A DNA stretch of 64,000 nucleotides from a virus. This document shows positions 27,119 to 37,996 of the stretch, in pieces (the stretch's first letter is position 1; every line of letters starts with the position of its first letter). The stretch is taken from positions 7,104-71,103 of the IMG/VR virus record IMGVR_UViG_3300036846_000800. The stretch is one strand, 5' to 3'. Made by a program: the position numbers and the translations under genes. The notes below the pieces were generated by a model. The model was not told the DNA's origin, made no database searches, and saw only the letters and a list, made by a program, of their open reading frames with translations.

Positions 27119-29158
27119 TTATGATCCGTAGTGCTCGGTCACGATGACGATGCCAGCAGCGCCGTTGCCGCCAGCTAAGCCACCGCCTCCTGCCGCCCCG
27201 CCATTGCCGCCAGCTCCAACGCTATAAGAATAAGTCGCGGCAGGACTAGTGATGAGCTTGCAACAATAGCCGCCCGCACCGCCGCCAGTACCGGGTATCT
27301 GAGTTACGGCGCTGGACATAGCCCCGCCGCCACCGCCAGCACCGCTATTTATCGGTGCAGCACCTCCCGCCACCGCGTATGCACTAAATCCGCCCCCAGC
27401 AAAAAACGAGGCACCCCCAACGCCACCACCGCCAGCAGTACTTCCTGCTATTGCCACATCGGAGCCACCGCCACCACCGCCTGGAATGTTGATATCGCCA
27501 CCGCTTGCATTGCCTCCCGGACTGCCAATCGTACTGCCATTGGCCGCTCCACCGTTGCCAATCATTGACCCAAATGTTGTGTTTCCTCCAGCTGTCGCAG
27601 CACCTCCTCCCTGGCCAGCATTTCCTCCTCCACCACCACCGACCAACTCAACCTCGATCCACGTCGCACCGGTCGGCCGGTTGTAGGTGCCGCTGCCTGA
27701 GATGAAGACTTGTCGTGTGGGTGGAATAGGAGCAGCGACTGCCGCCAGTGCAACATACTCGGTGACGATGACAATGCCGGGGGAGCCGTTGCCGCCAGTC
27801 TGAGCAGTGGTGTTTGTAGCATTAGAACCGGAACCGCCCGAACCATAATTGGTCGCCGGATTGCCGGTGCCATTAAGAGCAAGAAGTGGCGCTCCACCAC
27901 CACCAAAAATTGAGCTACCACCACCGCCTGACCCGAGTACAAGAGCAGCAGAAGAATTATTGTTATAAAGTCCTGTTATGCCAGGAGCACCACCGGATAC
28001 AATATCACCAACAGCACCAGTGACCGATCCTCCAGCGCCTCCGGTCCCTATTTTAGTACCACCAACATTACCATCGGCAGCATTACCCCCCAACCCTCCT
28101 TTGCTCACACAGAGTATACCAAAGCTCGTATCGCCACCATTGTTACCAGTATTATTCGACACTCCCGTTCCACCAGCGCCGATGGTTACTGTTTGAGAGA
28201 TGCCTATTGTCGCAGCATTCAAAACCTTTCTAGAGTAACCCCCGGAACCGCCGCCGCCACCAGCCATACATTGAGTTGCGTTTGCACCAGCTGCGCCACC
28301 GCCCGCGCCGCCGCCACCAATAGCCTCGACAATTGCCGACACCAGATTGGCGCTTGGCGTGTACGTGCCTGACGCCGTGAACACCTGCACCCTGGGTGCA
28401 CTGGCAAACCCGACCGCCTGCGCAACACCTGCAAGCGCGGAGTAGTACTCGGTTACGATGATGATGCCAGCTGCACCGTTGCCGCCTGCAGCACCGTTAG
28501 CGCCAGCAGCAGCGCCAGCCCCACCAGCGCCGACAGCATAAGAATAAGTCGCAGCCGGTGAAGCAAAGATGTGCCTAACAGTACCGCCAGCAGCGCCGCC
28601 ACAACCAGATAAAATAGTAGAGGACGTGCCCGCAGCGCCTCCACCGCCACCACCCGAACCCGAATTGGATGCAGCATTACCCCCAACAGTATTGTAAGAA
28701 CCGCTCCCCGCCCCGCCCAATGAACTTGAACCGCCAACGCCACCAGATGAAGAAAACTGACCAGAGTAAGTAGATACCGAACCCTGACCTGCTCCACCAG
28801 CAATGTTGAGAATACCACCTGAAGCAGTGCCACCAGCCCCACACACACTATTTGAAGAGCCCATTCCTCCGCCTGCTGTGAGCGGGCCAAAGGTTGTGCT
28901 GCCGCCTACAGTGCTGAGTGCACTCTGATTACCACCACCTCCTCCGCTGCCGCCCCCAACCAACTCCACATCGATCCACGCCACCCCAGCAGGCGTGGTG
29001 TAGGTACCCGAACCCGAAACAAAAACACGCCGCGTCGTCGGCACCGTGTTGATGGTGCTCGCCGCCGTCCAGGCGTAACCGTTCCAGGTGTAAACCGGGC
29101 CACCAGCGGGACTGAAGGTCTGCCCTACGGTCGGAGAGGCTGGGAAATCGAATGCCAT
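27119..29158 (-). CDS. glycine-rich tail fibre/spike protein (three Gly-rich domains)
   Basis: 679 aa; MAFDFPASPTVGQ start; three VF.SG/A.GTY...GGGG.GG...GIIIVTEY units. Confidence 0.75.
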   Translation of the reverse strand: MAFDFPASPTVGQTFSPAGGPVYTWNGYAWTAASTINTVPTTRRVFVSGSGTYTTPAGVAWIDVELVGGGSGGGGGNQSALSTVGGSTTFGPLTAGGGMGSSNSVCGAGGTASGGILNIAGGAGQGSVSTYSGQFSSSGGVGGSSSLGGAGSGSYNTVGGNAASNSGSGGGGGGAAGTSSTILSGCGGAAGGTVRHIFASPAATYSYAVGAGGAGAAAGANGAAGGNGAAGIIIVTEYYSALAGVAQAVGFASAPRVQVFTASGTYTPSANLVSAIVEAIGGGGAGGGAAGANATQCMAGGGGGSGGYSRKVLNAATIGISQTVTIGAGGTGVSNNTGNNGGDTSFGILCVSKGGLGGNAADGNVGGTKIGTGGAGGSVTGAVGDIVSGGAPGITGLYNNNSSAALVLGSGGGGSSIFGGGGAPLLALNGTGNPATNYGSGGSGSNATNTTAQTGGNGSPGIVIVTEYVALAAVAAPIPPTRQVFISGSGTYNRPTGATWIEVELVGGGGGGNAGQGGGAATAGGNTTFGSMIGNGGAANGSTIGSPGGNASGGDINIPGGGGGGSDVAIAGSTAGGGGVGGASFFAGGGFSAYAVAGGAAPINSGAGGGGGAMSSAVTQIPGTGGGAGGYCCKLITSPAATYSYSVGAGGNGGAAGGGGLAGGNGAAGIVIVTEHYGS

Positions 29159-29160
29159 CC

Positions 29161-30678
29161 TCAGCTCCCGTAGTGCTCGGTCACGATGATGATGCCAGCC
29201 GCCCCGTTGCCACCGGCTAAACCAGCACCGGAGGCAGCAGCACCAATGCCAGCCGCACCAACAGCATAAGAGTAAGTCGCTGACGGACTCGCAATTAGCT
29301 TGCGACAGTAACCACCAGCACCGCCGCCAACACCAGTTGCCGATATCGCGTTAGTGTTGCGCGCTCCCCCGCCCCCACCAGCGCCAATAGTAAGTGCGGG
29401 TTGTCCAACACTGCCGTCGGTGCCTCGTCCGCCGCTACCGAAGAAAGAAGCGCCGCCAGTACCTCCTTCGCCATTAATGTTGTTGTCGGCCGCGCCGCCA
29501 CACAGTCCCATCCCGCCATTAGCATTAACATCCCCACCACTTGCATCGCCGCCAGCAGTGCTGGCAAGGCCACCATTCGCCGTCAACGACCCAAACGTCG
29601 TGGCACCTCCAGCGCCGCCAGCAGTTGCGATGCCGTTTTGACCGCCGCCACCACCGCCAACCAACTCCACCTCTATCCACGTTACCCCAGCAGGCCTGTT
29701 GTAAGTGCCTGACCCCGAGGTGAAGACTTGCCGAGTTGGTGGAATGGGAGCAGCGACTGCCGCTAGCGCGACATACTCGGTGACGATGACGATGCCGGGA
29801 GAGCCAGCGCCGCCAGCAGCGGTGGACGCACTTGCACATACAGAAGCCCCACCGCCACCCGCACCATAGCCTGTCGCTGCATTTCCATTGGCCGAGTTTG
29901 CAAAGGAGAAGCCACCAACACCACCACCGCCTACGGACGACGAGCCGCCAATACCACCCGCACCAACAATACCTGGATTGCTTGGCGCCCCAGCGCCTTG
30001 ACAGCCAGTAGCTCCTGTCCCAACCACATCGCCCGTGCCAAGGCCACCACCTAGCCCAGGAATACCGGAGGCAGCCGCAGGCGCCGAGCCGATACCTCCC
30101 TTGGCAATACAAAACGTGCCGAAACTGGTATCACCGCCGTTACCACCATAGCCTGTGCCTCCAGACGCACCAGCAGCACCTATTGTCACCGGTTGTGAGG
30201 CACCAATCGCCGCTGCGGTTAGTACCTTTCTTGAATAACCACCGGCACCGCCACCACCAGCCACCAAGATTGTAGTAGCACTGCCCGCAGTGCCACCACC
30301 GGCCCCACCTCCACCCCAACATTCCACGATCGCCGACACCAGATTGGGCGATGGCGTGTAGGTACTCGACGCCGTGAAGACCCGCAACTTGGCTTGGGTG
30401 GCGAGTGTTGTCGGTGCTACTGCACTGCCCGCCGCTACCACCCACTGCGTCGAGTTGCCGTCGTTATACGAAACCCACAGACTGCCGGAATCGCTCTCCC
30501 ACCACAGATCGCCCTGCTTGGGAGTAGCCGGTGGCGTATCAGAAACGGTTACACTTGAGCCGCCACCACCGCCGCCGCCACCCATCGCAGTCCACATCCC
30601 CTGATCAAAGGTATAGGTGATGCCAGCAAAGGTATACTGCTGGCCGACCGTCGGGGAGCTGGGGAAGTCAATCGCCAT
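29161..30678 (-). CDS. glycine-rich tail fibre protein (two Gly-rich domains)
   Basis: 505 aa; MAIDFPSSPTVGQ; GDLWWESDSG..W..Y.DGNSTQWV; two Gly-rich units. Confidence 0.75.
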   Translation of the reverse strand: MAIDFPSSPTVGQQYTFAGITYTFDQGMWTAMGGGGGGGGSSVTVSDTPPATPKQGDLWWESDSGSLWVSYNDGNSTQWVVAAGSAVAPTTLATQAKLRVFTASSTYTPSPNLVSAIVECWGGGGAGGGTAGSATTILVAGGGGAGGYSRKVLTAAAIGASQPVTIGAAGASGGTGYGGNGGDTSFGTFCIAKGGIGSAPAAASGIPGLGGGLGTGDVVGTGATGCQGAGAPSNPGIVGAGGIGGSSSVGGGGVGGFSFANSANGNAATGYGAGGGGASVCASASTAAGGAGSPGIVIVTEYVALAAVAAPIPPTRQVFTSGSGTYNRPAGVTWIEVELVGGGGGGQNGIATAGGAGGATTFGSLTANGGLASTAGGDASGGDVNANGGMGLCGGAADNNINGEGGTGGASFFGSGGRGTDGSVGQPALTIGAGGGGGARNTNAISATGVGGGAGGYCRKLIASPSATYSYAVGAAGIGAAASGAGLAGGNGAAGIIIVTEHYGS

Positions 30679-30680
30679 GT

Positions 30681-32489
30681 TTATAGCTTTATCATCACAT
30701 TCCAGTAAGTGCTCGGGCTCATGGTGTCTACCGGCGTACCGCTACCAGCAGCAACAGTCGTAACGCCGGTGGCAGCGCCGTAGATGCTAATGCCGGTAGT
30801 GCGCGTGTCGGTCCATGCCTGCTCGCCGTGCATGTACGGGACCGGAAACTGGTCGCCACCGTTATCGGAATGGTCCCAGCCGGATGGATTAAAGATGTGG
30901 GCATGGCCCGGATCGTAAACGGCGTGAGCATGATTCGGATCGCTGATGCCATGCGCATGGGAAGGCATATTGCCGAGAGTTATCGTCACCGTCTCAGTAC
31001 CGTATGTTGCACCGAGCCCGCGCGCCGTCAGTCCAGCACCGCTGCCAGCAACCGCAATGCTGCGACCCAGTTGCTTCGTCAGTGTCATCCGGCAGTTTGC
31101 AGCCCACGCCGCTGCCGCAGTGCCCTGTGTCGCGCGCGTCGTCGCGGCTCCGCTGCTCGTTAATAGCGGCGCACTAGTGTCACTGATGTTGGCGAACAAC
31201 AGATTGAACAAGTCTTGGCAGTCAGCGTTCGCGCGCGTGCTAGAACCGGATGTGGCACTGCCAATCGTGCCATCATTCATCATCACCCAACCACTGTCGG
31301 CAATGACCTTGAGCGTGATCTTGGCATCACCGGTCGTAAAGCCCGTCGGTGGTGAAACAGCGGGAGCCGGCACCGGCGACACCTGCACCCACTGCAAACT
31401 GTTGCCGTCATCAACGTAGATTGCCAGCGCACCGGTCGTCAGGTTGTACCAGAAGTCGCCGGGGACCGGCGTGGGTGAAGTCGGCGGTGTGGTCGAAGCG
31501 GTGTAGCGATTGGAGCCACCGCCGCTGCCGCCAGCGACAATGCTCCAGCCCAGGCTCTTACGCGCGTATTGCTGACCATCATTTGGCGCCTCTGGCACCG
31601 GGCCAGTCGGGCCAACCGGGCCAGTCGCGCCAGTCGCGCCGGCCGGTCCGGTCGCGCCGGTCGGTCCAGTCGGGCCAGTCGGGCCCGGTACCGTGCTGCT
31701 GGCTCCAGGCGGGCCAGTCGGTCCAGCAACACCGGCTGGGCCAGTTGCGCCAGCAACACCTTGCGGACCCGGCGGTCCTTGCTGTCCATCCGGCCCATCC
31801 ACACCCGGCGGCCCGGATATACCTTGCGGCCCGCCCGGACCTTGCACACCCTGCGGGCCGGTTGGACCAAACGGACCCGAACTGCCCTGTGGTCCCTGCA
31901 CACCCTGCGGCCCAGCCGGACCTTGTGATCCTGGCGGCCCCTGGATCGAACCGCCCGACACCCATGCAGTACCGTCCCAAATCCACAGCGAGTCGTCGGC
32001 AGTGACGATCCAAGCATCACCTTGAGTGTTGCCGGTCGGCGGCAGGGCACCCACCGTCGCCTTCGAGCCCTTCATGGTGATGCCGGTACCGGCCGCACCC
32101 TGTGAGCCCTGAATGCCTTGCGGACCCTGCGGCCCCTGCGCCCCGGCGGCGCCGTCCACTCCAGCTGGTCCAGTCACCCCTGCTGGACCCTGCGGACCAG
32201 CAGGACCCTGCGGACCACCAGGAGCACCTGGAATCCCCTGCGGACCCTGCGAGCCTGTCGCACCCGTTTGACCGCTCGCGCCTTGCGGACCCAGTGGACC
32301 GGTCAACCCCGGATCGCCCTGCGCTCCGGTTGGCCCAGGTGGCCCCTGCGGACCGAGCGGACCCCGCGCTCCCGGCACGGCATGCTCGGCAACCGTCACA
32401 TCGATCCCGAGCAACTCATCGGGCAAAATCACATCAACGATAAACGCAGTGCTCTCGATCGCAACAATCTCGGGAGGAGCACTCATCAT
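30681..32489 (-). CDS. collagen-like tail fibre with C-terminal collar-like domain
   Basis: Long G-X-Y triplet tracts; [14 protein letters not shown]; TTGDAKITL...GWVMMNDG; MPSHAH. Confidence 0.8.
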   Translation of the reverse strand: MMSAPPEIVAIESTAFIVDVILPDELLGIDVTVAEHAVPGARGPLGPQGPPGPTGAQGDPGLTGPLGPQGASGQTGATGSQGPQGIPGAPGGPQGPAGPQGPAGVTGPAGVDGAAGAQGPQGPQGIQGSQGAAGTGITMKGSKATVGALPPTGNTQGDAWIVTADDSLWIWDGTAWVSGGSIQGPPGSQGPAGPQGVQGPQGSSGPFGPTGPQGVQGPGGPQGISGPPGVDGPDGQQGPPGPQGVAGATGPAGVAGPTGPPGASSTVPGPTGPTGPTGATGPAGATGATGPVGPTGPVPEAPNDGQQYARKSLGWSIVAGGSGGGSNRYTASTTPPTSPTPVPGDFWYNLTTGALAIYVDDGNSLQWVQVSPVPAPAVSPPTGFTTGDAKITLKVIADSGWVMMNDGTIGSATSGSSTRANADCQDLFNLLFANISDTSAPLLTSSGAATTRATQGTAAAAWAANCRMTLTKQLGRSIAVAGSGAGLTARGLGATYGTETVTITLGNMPSHAHGISDPNHAHAVYDPGHAHIFNPSGWDHSDNGGDQFPVPYMHGEQAWTDTRTTGISIYGAATGVTTVAAGSGTPVDTMSPSTYWNVMIKL

Positions 32490-32860
32490 TTCACCGGCGT
32501 GGCTATGAACTCGAACTCGCCGGGCGTGCTATCTGTCACATCCGAAGTGATGGTGACCTGACCGCTAATCGGTGTCCGCACATCACCTGAGACATAGCTC
32601 AGCTGCAGGTCCCACACGCCTGCTATCGGCAGCAGCTTGCTGGCCGCAGCCGTCAGCGTCACATCAATGATGTTGGGTAACGTGAGCGTACAAAGCAGCG
32701 GCACAATCTGTGTGCCTGCCGGTCTGTCGCGTATCTCAGCTTTGGGGGTAACGCCGGTGAGATCGACCGGCGACGTCATCTCGCTGTCTGCCCACAGCTT
32801 AAACTGCCAGCTCGCGCTGTCTCCACGATAGATATCCAACGGGTAGTTCGCCGGTTGCAT
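32486..32860 (-). CDS. BppU/LtfC-like fibre-associated protein
   Basis: IYRGDS...PVDLTG...AEIR...GVWDLQL...G.V.I..DVT. Confidence 0.6.
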   Translation of the reverse strand: MQPANYPLDIYRGDSASWQFKLWADSEMTSPVDLTGVTPKAEIRDRPAGTQIVPLLCTLTLPNIIDVTLTAAASKLLPIAGVWDLQLSYVSGDVRTPISGQVTITSDVTDSTPGEFEFIATPVK

Positions 32861-32884
32861 GGTCGCGTCCCACCATAGCCGCCA

Positions 32885-33184
32885 TCATCCGTGAAAATTC
32901 GTGCTTTTTCCGTCGTGAAACGGCATCTCAAGTGTCTGCGTGAACGGAAAAACATTCCTGCGCTTGCCAGTCACCGGATCATAGTGCTGGTCGATCAGCA
33001 GCGTCTTAGCCTTGGCGAACAACTCATCGATGATGGCCTCCGCCTCCTTGCGCAACATCACCTCCTGCCGAAGCGCATTCACCAGCAGATTGCTCGCCGC
33101 ACTCAGAACATGATCCAACGGTCGACCACGGCACAGCTTGGCCATCGCCTCAAACAGTTCCTGATCTGGACCCGTACCGCTCAT
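32885..33184 (-). CDS. hypothetical protein
   Basis: Start MSGTG follows the upstream stop. Confidence 0.55.
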   Translation of the reverse strand: MSGTGPDQELFEAMAKLCRGRPLDHVLSAASNLLVNALRQEVMLRKEAEAIIDELFAKAKTLLIDQHYDPVTGKRRNVFPFTQTLEMPFHDGKSTNFHG

Positions 33185-33185
33185 G

Positions 33186-33617
33186 TCAAAGCCCAAAGAT
33201 TCCTTGCGCATTCCACTTCACGATGACGTTCCCACCATTGGTTAGCATCGGCAGCCCGATGACCCCGGTATCTTCATAAAGCACCAATCGCCAGCTGTTG
33301 TTGGCACCGTTGTTTTGCCGATAGAGCGCGATGGCGCCAACCACATCCCCTGTCACGTTCGTGAATGTAACGGTATCGCCCGAGAAAACTCTTCCATTCA
33401 CCGTCGGTGTCGTAATCCGTGGCACAACACCACCCACCACATTGGTGAGATCGGTATAAAACTGATGGGCGTCCGAGTAGACATAGCCGCCTGCAATGGT
33501 GAGAAGCACCACGTAAACACCATTGACAGGCTGGATGTCGCCGACATCGAGCGAATTGTTCGCGTCCAGCTCCGTCATCAGGGACTGTTTCCACAACGGA
33601 TAAAGGGCGTTTGCCAC
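33186..33617 (-). CDS. virion structural protein
   Basis: 143 aa; MANALY...GLPMLTNGGNVIVKWNAQGIF; GAGGAG RBS. Confidence 0.6.
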   Translation of the reverse strand: MANALYPLWKQSLMTELDANNSLDVGDIQPVNGVYVVLLTIAGGYVYSDAHQFYTDLTNVVGGVVPRITTPTVNGRVFSGDTVTFTNVTGDVVGAIALYRQNNGANNSWRLVLYEDTGVIGLPMLTNGGNVIVKWNAQGIFGL

Positions 33618-33628
33618 TTACAGTCTCC

Positions 33629-33940
33629 TCAAGGTATTTTCGGCGGCACGAAATCCGGCGGATGCAGGAGCTGATCGGCCTCGACCTTGCTCTCGCGCCG
33701 AGGATTGAGGATCGGCACCGGATCGGCCGGCAGCACGATGGGCCGCAGCGTCGGGTTGGGAATGTCGTTGCATTTCGGGCAGACCAGGAACCCAGTCCGG
33801 CGTATCTGCCGCCCGTGATACTGGGTATCCCAAACCAGGGCGTTGTGATTGTACAGAAAGCCGCAACGCTCGCAGATCGCAAACGCCTGCGGATGCTGCG
33901 GGTCAACCCTGGCGTGGCCCCTGGGTGCAAAGCGCGCCAT
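33629..33940 (-). CDS. zinc-ribbon protein of the head-tail module
   Basis: AICERCGF...LVCPKCND.P.P. Confidence 0.65.
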   Translation of the reverse strand: MARFAPRGHARVDPQHPQAFAICERCGFLYNHNALVWDTQYHGRQIRRTGFLVCPKCNDIPNPTLRPIVLPADPVPILNPRRESKVEADQLLHPPDFVPPKIP

Positions 33941-34632
33941 CAGTACACCGCACTCGTGTACGTGCTCAGCGCCGGCACAATACGAAGTTGCGAGTCCTCG
34001 ATGTCACGCTGCTTGGCCTTGGTGAAAGTCGCCGACGCCATGCCAAATAATTCCTGAGTGCGTGCTGGCGCATACGACACGCTAAGTTTGAACGCCAGCC
34101 CCGCCACATAGGCCTCAAGAAACCGATAGGGCGTGTCCGCACTGAGCCCATCCGGCAGACTCGCGTCCTGCATCTGACGCGCACGGTAATATCGCAGCGT
34201 GCGCGGCTCAGCGTCATCTGGCGGCTGCCAGAGCGTGATGACAGGATCGATCTGCTTGTTGAACCAGTAGACCGTGGGCGATCCCGGGGTCACCTTGTCG
34301 GGGAAGCTCGCGTAGAGGTCGCGATCCACCGAAGTAATAATTCGATCTTTCGGAGTGTCGCCGGTCGAAATGTAAGCCGCCATGATCATCACGGTGGCCG
34401 GGTCCACGTCATATGTCGCTTGACCCGGCACCAGCGGCGTGGACATGAGTTCCACGGTCCACAGATTGACCTGATCGTTCGACCACTCCACTTGAAGTAG
34501 ATTGGCGGCCACCGCTGCATCAAAGAGATGATCAACGGTCAGCGTCGTGCGCCGTATCTGACATCGGCCATATGCCGCGATGATCAGGTCCGAGAGCGCC
34601 GGGTTCCATTGATAGGTGTTGCTGGTTGCCAT
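33940..34632 (-). CDS. head completion/adaptor protein
   Basis: 230 aa; MATSNTY, WSNDQVNLW, G.P..YW, PYRFLEAYVAGLA. Confidence 0.65.
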   Translation of the reverse strand: MATSNTYQWNPALSDLIIAAYGRCQIRRTTLTVDHLFDAAVAANLLQVEWSNDQVNLWTVELMSTPLVPGQATYDVDPATVMIMAAYISTGDTPKDRIITSVDRDLYASFPDKVTPGSPTVYWFNKQIDPVITLWQPPDDAEPRTLRYYRARQMQDASLPDGLSADTPYRFLEAYVAGLAFKLSVSYAPARTQELFGMASATFTKAKQRDIEDSQLRIVPALSTYTSAVY

Positions 34633-34889
34633 CAGGGCACCGTGCCAACCTGAAAGACCGGAATAGCATTAACCGCAGCAACCGGGCCGCCAGTCATGAC
34701 GACTGGGATCGGTGCCGCTGGGCTAAGCGGATATGTGGAAGCAACAAAAACCACCGGCTGCGTGATAACCGGCGCAACTGGCACCGAGCCGTTGTTGATG
34801 ACAACAACAGCTTGCGCCTCAACCGGCGCGGTATTGCCGGGAACGCTCTGAACGGGCATTGCGCTGACTGGAGCGAAAGTCGCCGCCAT
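34632..34889 (-). CDS. Val/Pro-rich small protein
   Basis: 85 aa with repeated PV/PI-V-V units; AGAGGA RBS. Confidence 0.5.
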   Translation of the reverse strand: MAATFAPVSAMPVQSVPGNTAPVEAQAVVVINNGSVPVAPVITQPVVFVASTYPLSPAAPIPVVMTGGPVAAVNAIPVFQVGTVP

Positions 34890-34909
34890 CGTTTCCTCTT
34901 ATTACAAGC

Positions 34910-34967
34910 GGAGAGGTTAGACCTCGCCGACACAAGGGGAGGGCCTCTGTCTCGGCCTAACCTCTCC
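34910..34967. promoter_or_regulatory. intergenic inverted repeat
   Basis: GGAGAGGTTAG (34910-34920) / CTAACCTCTCC (34957-34967), perfect 11 bp. Confidence 0.55.
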
Positions 34968-35005
34968 TGACCTGCGTGCTGAAGATGTGCGGGTCCGCAC
35001 GCAGG

Positions 35006-35749
35006 TCATTTCTGTCCGATACCAGGATACTTCGCCTCCACCTTGGCACGGACTTTCGCCGCGACTGGTTTGCCCGACGAGCGCGCCAGCGCATCCACGG
35101 CGTGACTTTCATCCGGGATTGGATAGGAGCCAGAGCCGGCGCCCTTCGGCCCCTCGCCCTTGCCCGGGAGCGCGAAGTCGCTCTTGGGAAGGCTCTGCCG
35201 CTGAGCAGCGCTGAGCTTGCCGCCATCGGCGCGCTTGGCGACGCCACCGGCCTTGTATCCAGGTTCGTTCTTAGGCAACCGCTCCTCTTCAACCTTGATA
35301 CCCTTGTAGGTCCCTAACGGGCGTGTTCGTGACAGCGCAGTCCCCAGTGGCCCGCGCGGATCGATCTTGAGCGGCTCTACGTCAGGTTTGATCCCGCCGC
35401 CACCCTGGCGCTTGGCGACGCCACCACGCTTGAGGTTCTGCTTGGCGAAAGGGTCGTTCTTCTGCTCGCCCGGTTCCTCCTCGCGCTTCTCCATCTTTTT
35501 CTCGATGGAGCCGCCTGACGCGAATCCGCTTACAAAGCCGCCCCGCCGGAAGTGCGGCTTGCGATCAGCGCGCGCGGGCGATGATCCACCGCTCACCTTG
35601 GCGTGGAAGGTGTTCTTGGTAACCCGGGTGGGTTTGCGCGGCCAGCGCGGCGGCTCGGGCGCTTTGATGTCGTCGGCAGGAACGCCGATGGCATCGTCGC
35701 GCACGTCACGGGGGCTGTTGCCAATAGGACCAGCAGGAAGACGCGCCAT
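35006..35749 (-). CDS. basic GG-motif protein with C-terminal DUF6582-like domain
   Basis: 247 aa; LSAAQRQSLPKSDFALPG...YPIPDESHAVDALAR; six xxxGG motifs. Confidence 0.65.
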   Translation of the reverse strand: MARLPAGPIGNSPRDVRDDAIGVPADDIKAPEPPRWPRKPTRVTKNTFHAKVSGGSSPARADRKPHFRRGGFVSGFASGGSIEKKMEKREEEPGEQKNDPFAKQNLKRGGVAKRQGGGGIKPDVEPLKIDPRGPLGTALSRTRPLGTYKGIKVEEERLPKNEPGYKAGGVAKRADGGKLSAAQRQSLPKSDFALPGKGEGPKGAGSGSYPIPDESHAVDALARSSGKPVAAKVRAKVEAKYPGIGQK

Positions 35750-35769
35750 CTGTTTCTCCCTGCATGATC

Positions 35770-36681
35770 TCAGCTCGTCGGGAACGATCCGTAGACCGCC
35801 CGCCAGTCAAAGTACGAGAACGCATAGCGCTCGCGGCCCTTAACTTTAAGATTATCGGTGTCGAAGTCGACGTACATGTCCATCTCGAACGGGACGCGGT
35901 CGTAATAGATCAGCCCGCGTTTGTCGGTCTTGACGAACCACGCGAAGTTACTCGTGAGAAACTCGTCCACGATGTAATCGCGCAGACCGCCACCGACGTG
36001 CTGGATGGCGTTGACGTCATTGTCGTTGGTGCCGGGACGGAGCGTCGTGCGTAGGAGTCTTACGATGATCGGCTCCAGCGCCGCCGGTACCAGTACCAGC
36101 TCGGCTCGCGCCGCCACCTTGATGTTACGCTCATCCACCCAGTTGTTGCGGATGGTGGTCATCGCGGTGAGCAGCGTGCTTTCGTTCAGATCGATGTCGG
36201 CCGCCGGCTTATTTGCGACTGCGCCAACGTCAATGGGGTGCGCGATATCAAACAACGCTTTTCCGTCACCGCCGATGGTCGAATCGTACACCGTGCCGGT
36301 GTTGAAGATGTTGGCGGCGTAGATTTCCTTGGTGGTCGCAAACACGTCTTGCAGACCCAGGTTCGACGGATTGAACTCCGCCCGGTATTGGTTGTCTTCA
36401 ACGGCCTTCCTGGTGACGATGTAGCCGAGCGAGAGTTCTTTCATCTCGGCGCTGTAGAGCCAGCGCTCGCCGGCTCTCTCATCGAAGTAGGTGCTCTGCG
36501 CTTCAGCCTTTTCCTTGGCAAGCGGCAGATACGCCATCTGGGTGCGCCGCTCCAAGGCCATCTTGGAGGTGCGCTTCTCGAAGAGTCTTGACCACTTGGT
36601 CTCGATCTTCTTGTAGCGACCCTCGACAGCAGCTAGGCCGGGGAACAACTCGTTTTTGATTGATGCAAGATCAATAGCCAT
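35770..36681 (-). CDS. major capsid protein (HK97 fold)
   Basis: 303 aa; LFPGL, LGYIVTRKAVEDNQY, GDGKALF..HP, LVPAALE, AWF, D.DFDTDNLKVKGRERYAFSYFDWR. Confidence 0.88.
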   Translation of the reverse strand: MAIDLASIKNELFPGLAAVEGRYKKIETKWSRLFEKRTSKMALERRTQMAYLPLAKEKAEAQSTYFDERAGERWLYSAEMKELSLGYIVTRKAVEDNQYRAEFNPSNLGLQDVFATTKEIYAANIFNTGTVYDSTIGGDGKALFDIAHPIDVGAVANKPAADIDLNESTLLTAMTTIRNNWVDERNIKVAARAELVLVPAALEPIIVRLLRTTLRPGTNDNDVNAIQHVGGGLRDYIVDEFLTSNFAWFVKTDKRGLIYYDRVPFEMDMYVDFDTDNLKVKGRERYAFSYFDWRAVYGSFPTS

Positions 36682-36706
36682 AGGTCAGCCCTTTCCCTGT
36701 CCCGCC

Positions 36707-37291
36707 CTAGATGCCGATAGCCGGTCCACGCAGGAACCAGTCGTTGGGCACCACCTCAACGATGTTGTTGGCGCTGGTCGCGTCGTAGCCATCACTGATG
36801 GGCACGCCGGCATTGCCGATGCCGATGATCTTGAACGGGAAGTTGGTGGAGGCGGTGGTGGTCGGTACGCCGAGCGCCCACTTGGAGAACCCAGTGACGG
36901 ACGCCGTCACTACAATGTCGACGTTGGAGCCGATATCGGCCAGCGTGATCGGGCCAACACTGGCCATGGCCTCGAACACCACGTTGTAATCATCCATGAT
37001 GAAGGCATCGACCAATCCAACGGCACCTGATCCGGGCCAGTAATTGCTCCAGATCGGATAGCCGAGCGCCGCCGTCAGATAGTGGCAGCCGACGAAGACC
37101 CCGCGCATGAGGTGGCCATCAGCAGGAGCCGAGACCGCCACGGTGCCATCCGCAAGCTGCTTGACGCAGTCGCCGCGATTAAGCGCGCCCGCGTTGTTCT
37201 GCATCTTGCAAGTGGTGTGATTGCTGCTCCAGGCCGCGCCATCAATGCGACGGATAGGCCGGAATCCAAAAGGCGCGTTGGTGTTCACCAT
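36707..37291 (-). CDS. capsid decoration/cement protein
   Basis: MVNTNAPFGFRP...GD.V...GVFVGC; directly upstream of the MCP. Confidence 0.7.
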   Translation of the reverse strand: MVNTNAPFGFRPIRRIDGAAWSSNHTTCKMQNNAGALNRGDCVKQLADGTVAVSAPADGHLMRGVFVGCHYLTAALGYPIWSNYWPGSGAVGLVDAFIMDDYNVVFEAMASVGPITLADIGSNVDIVVTASVTGFSKWALGVPTTTASTNFPFKIIGIGNAGVPISDGYDATSANNIVEVVPNDWFLRGPAIGI

Positions 37292-37408
37292 AGGCTGGCT
37301 CCCCCTCAAGGGTTGCCGGCGTTGGCGAGCAGCGCCTCTGTCCGAGCGGTGTCTAGCTGTCAGCGCATCCGAGTAGCGAACGCGACCCTGAGTTACTCAG
37401 GGATTTGA

Positions 37409-37996
37409 CTATTCAGGTATCTCTATGGCCTCGCGCGAAGTACGGTTCGCATACACAACACGCGGCATGCTTCCGTCCGGCGTGGCCTCTACCTTCTGGC
37501 GATTGACCTGCATGGCCCGAGTCGCCTCGTGTATTTCCTCATTTCTAGCCTTCACTGTCAAGCGCATGGGTCGTTCCATCAGGATCATGTCCTTGACGAT
37601 GACGGCGCCCTGGGTGCCCGGAGGCGAGAACCTTCCGGGGAAGTGATGATGCATGACCGGCCGCCAGCCCTGAGCGTGATAGGCGCGCTGCTCGGCGTAA
37701 TCCGGCTTGCCATAGGTCTCGTAGCGCTTCCAGTTGAAGTCGATCTCGTTATCGATGTTGCCCCTTTTGGGGTCGCCCCGGGTCGGCGCGTACTTGGCGT
37801 AAATATCCGAGATGTCAAACGGATCGATGTTCTGATTGCCCGAATGCAGTCGTTCACGGTCGGGGTCGACCCGCAACACATCGTCGTCTTCATCCTCGTG
37901 CGGCGGATCAGGGCGCAGCGCCTGCTCGCGATCTTCACCAGAAGCACCCAGGCCGGCATGCGGCTCATCGCGGATCGGCGACGGGATACGGTTCAT
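37409..37996 (-). CDS. conserved head-module protein
   Basis: 195 aa; FNWKR...GWRPV...MILMERP; lies between scaffold and decoration genes. Confidence 0.65.
   Translation of the reverse strand: MNRIPSPIRDEPHAGLGASGEDREQALRPDPPHEDEDDDVLRVDPDRERLHSGNQNIDPFDISDIYAKYAPTRGDPKRGNIDNEIDFNWKRYETYGKPDYAEQRAYHAQGWRPVMHHHFPGRFSPPGTQGAVIVKDMILMERPMRLTVKARNEEIHEATRAMQVNRQKVEATPDGSMPRVVYANRTSREAIEIPE

Noticed and set aside
27119-30678. Diversity-generating retroelement TR/VR pair
   Set aside because: No reverse transcriptase in the window, and the differences are not adenine-specific.
30681-32489. Eukaryotic collagen contamination
   Set aside because: G-X-Y tracts are common in phage fibres, and the gene is coupled to neighbouring phage genes.
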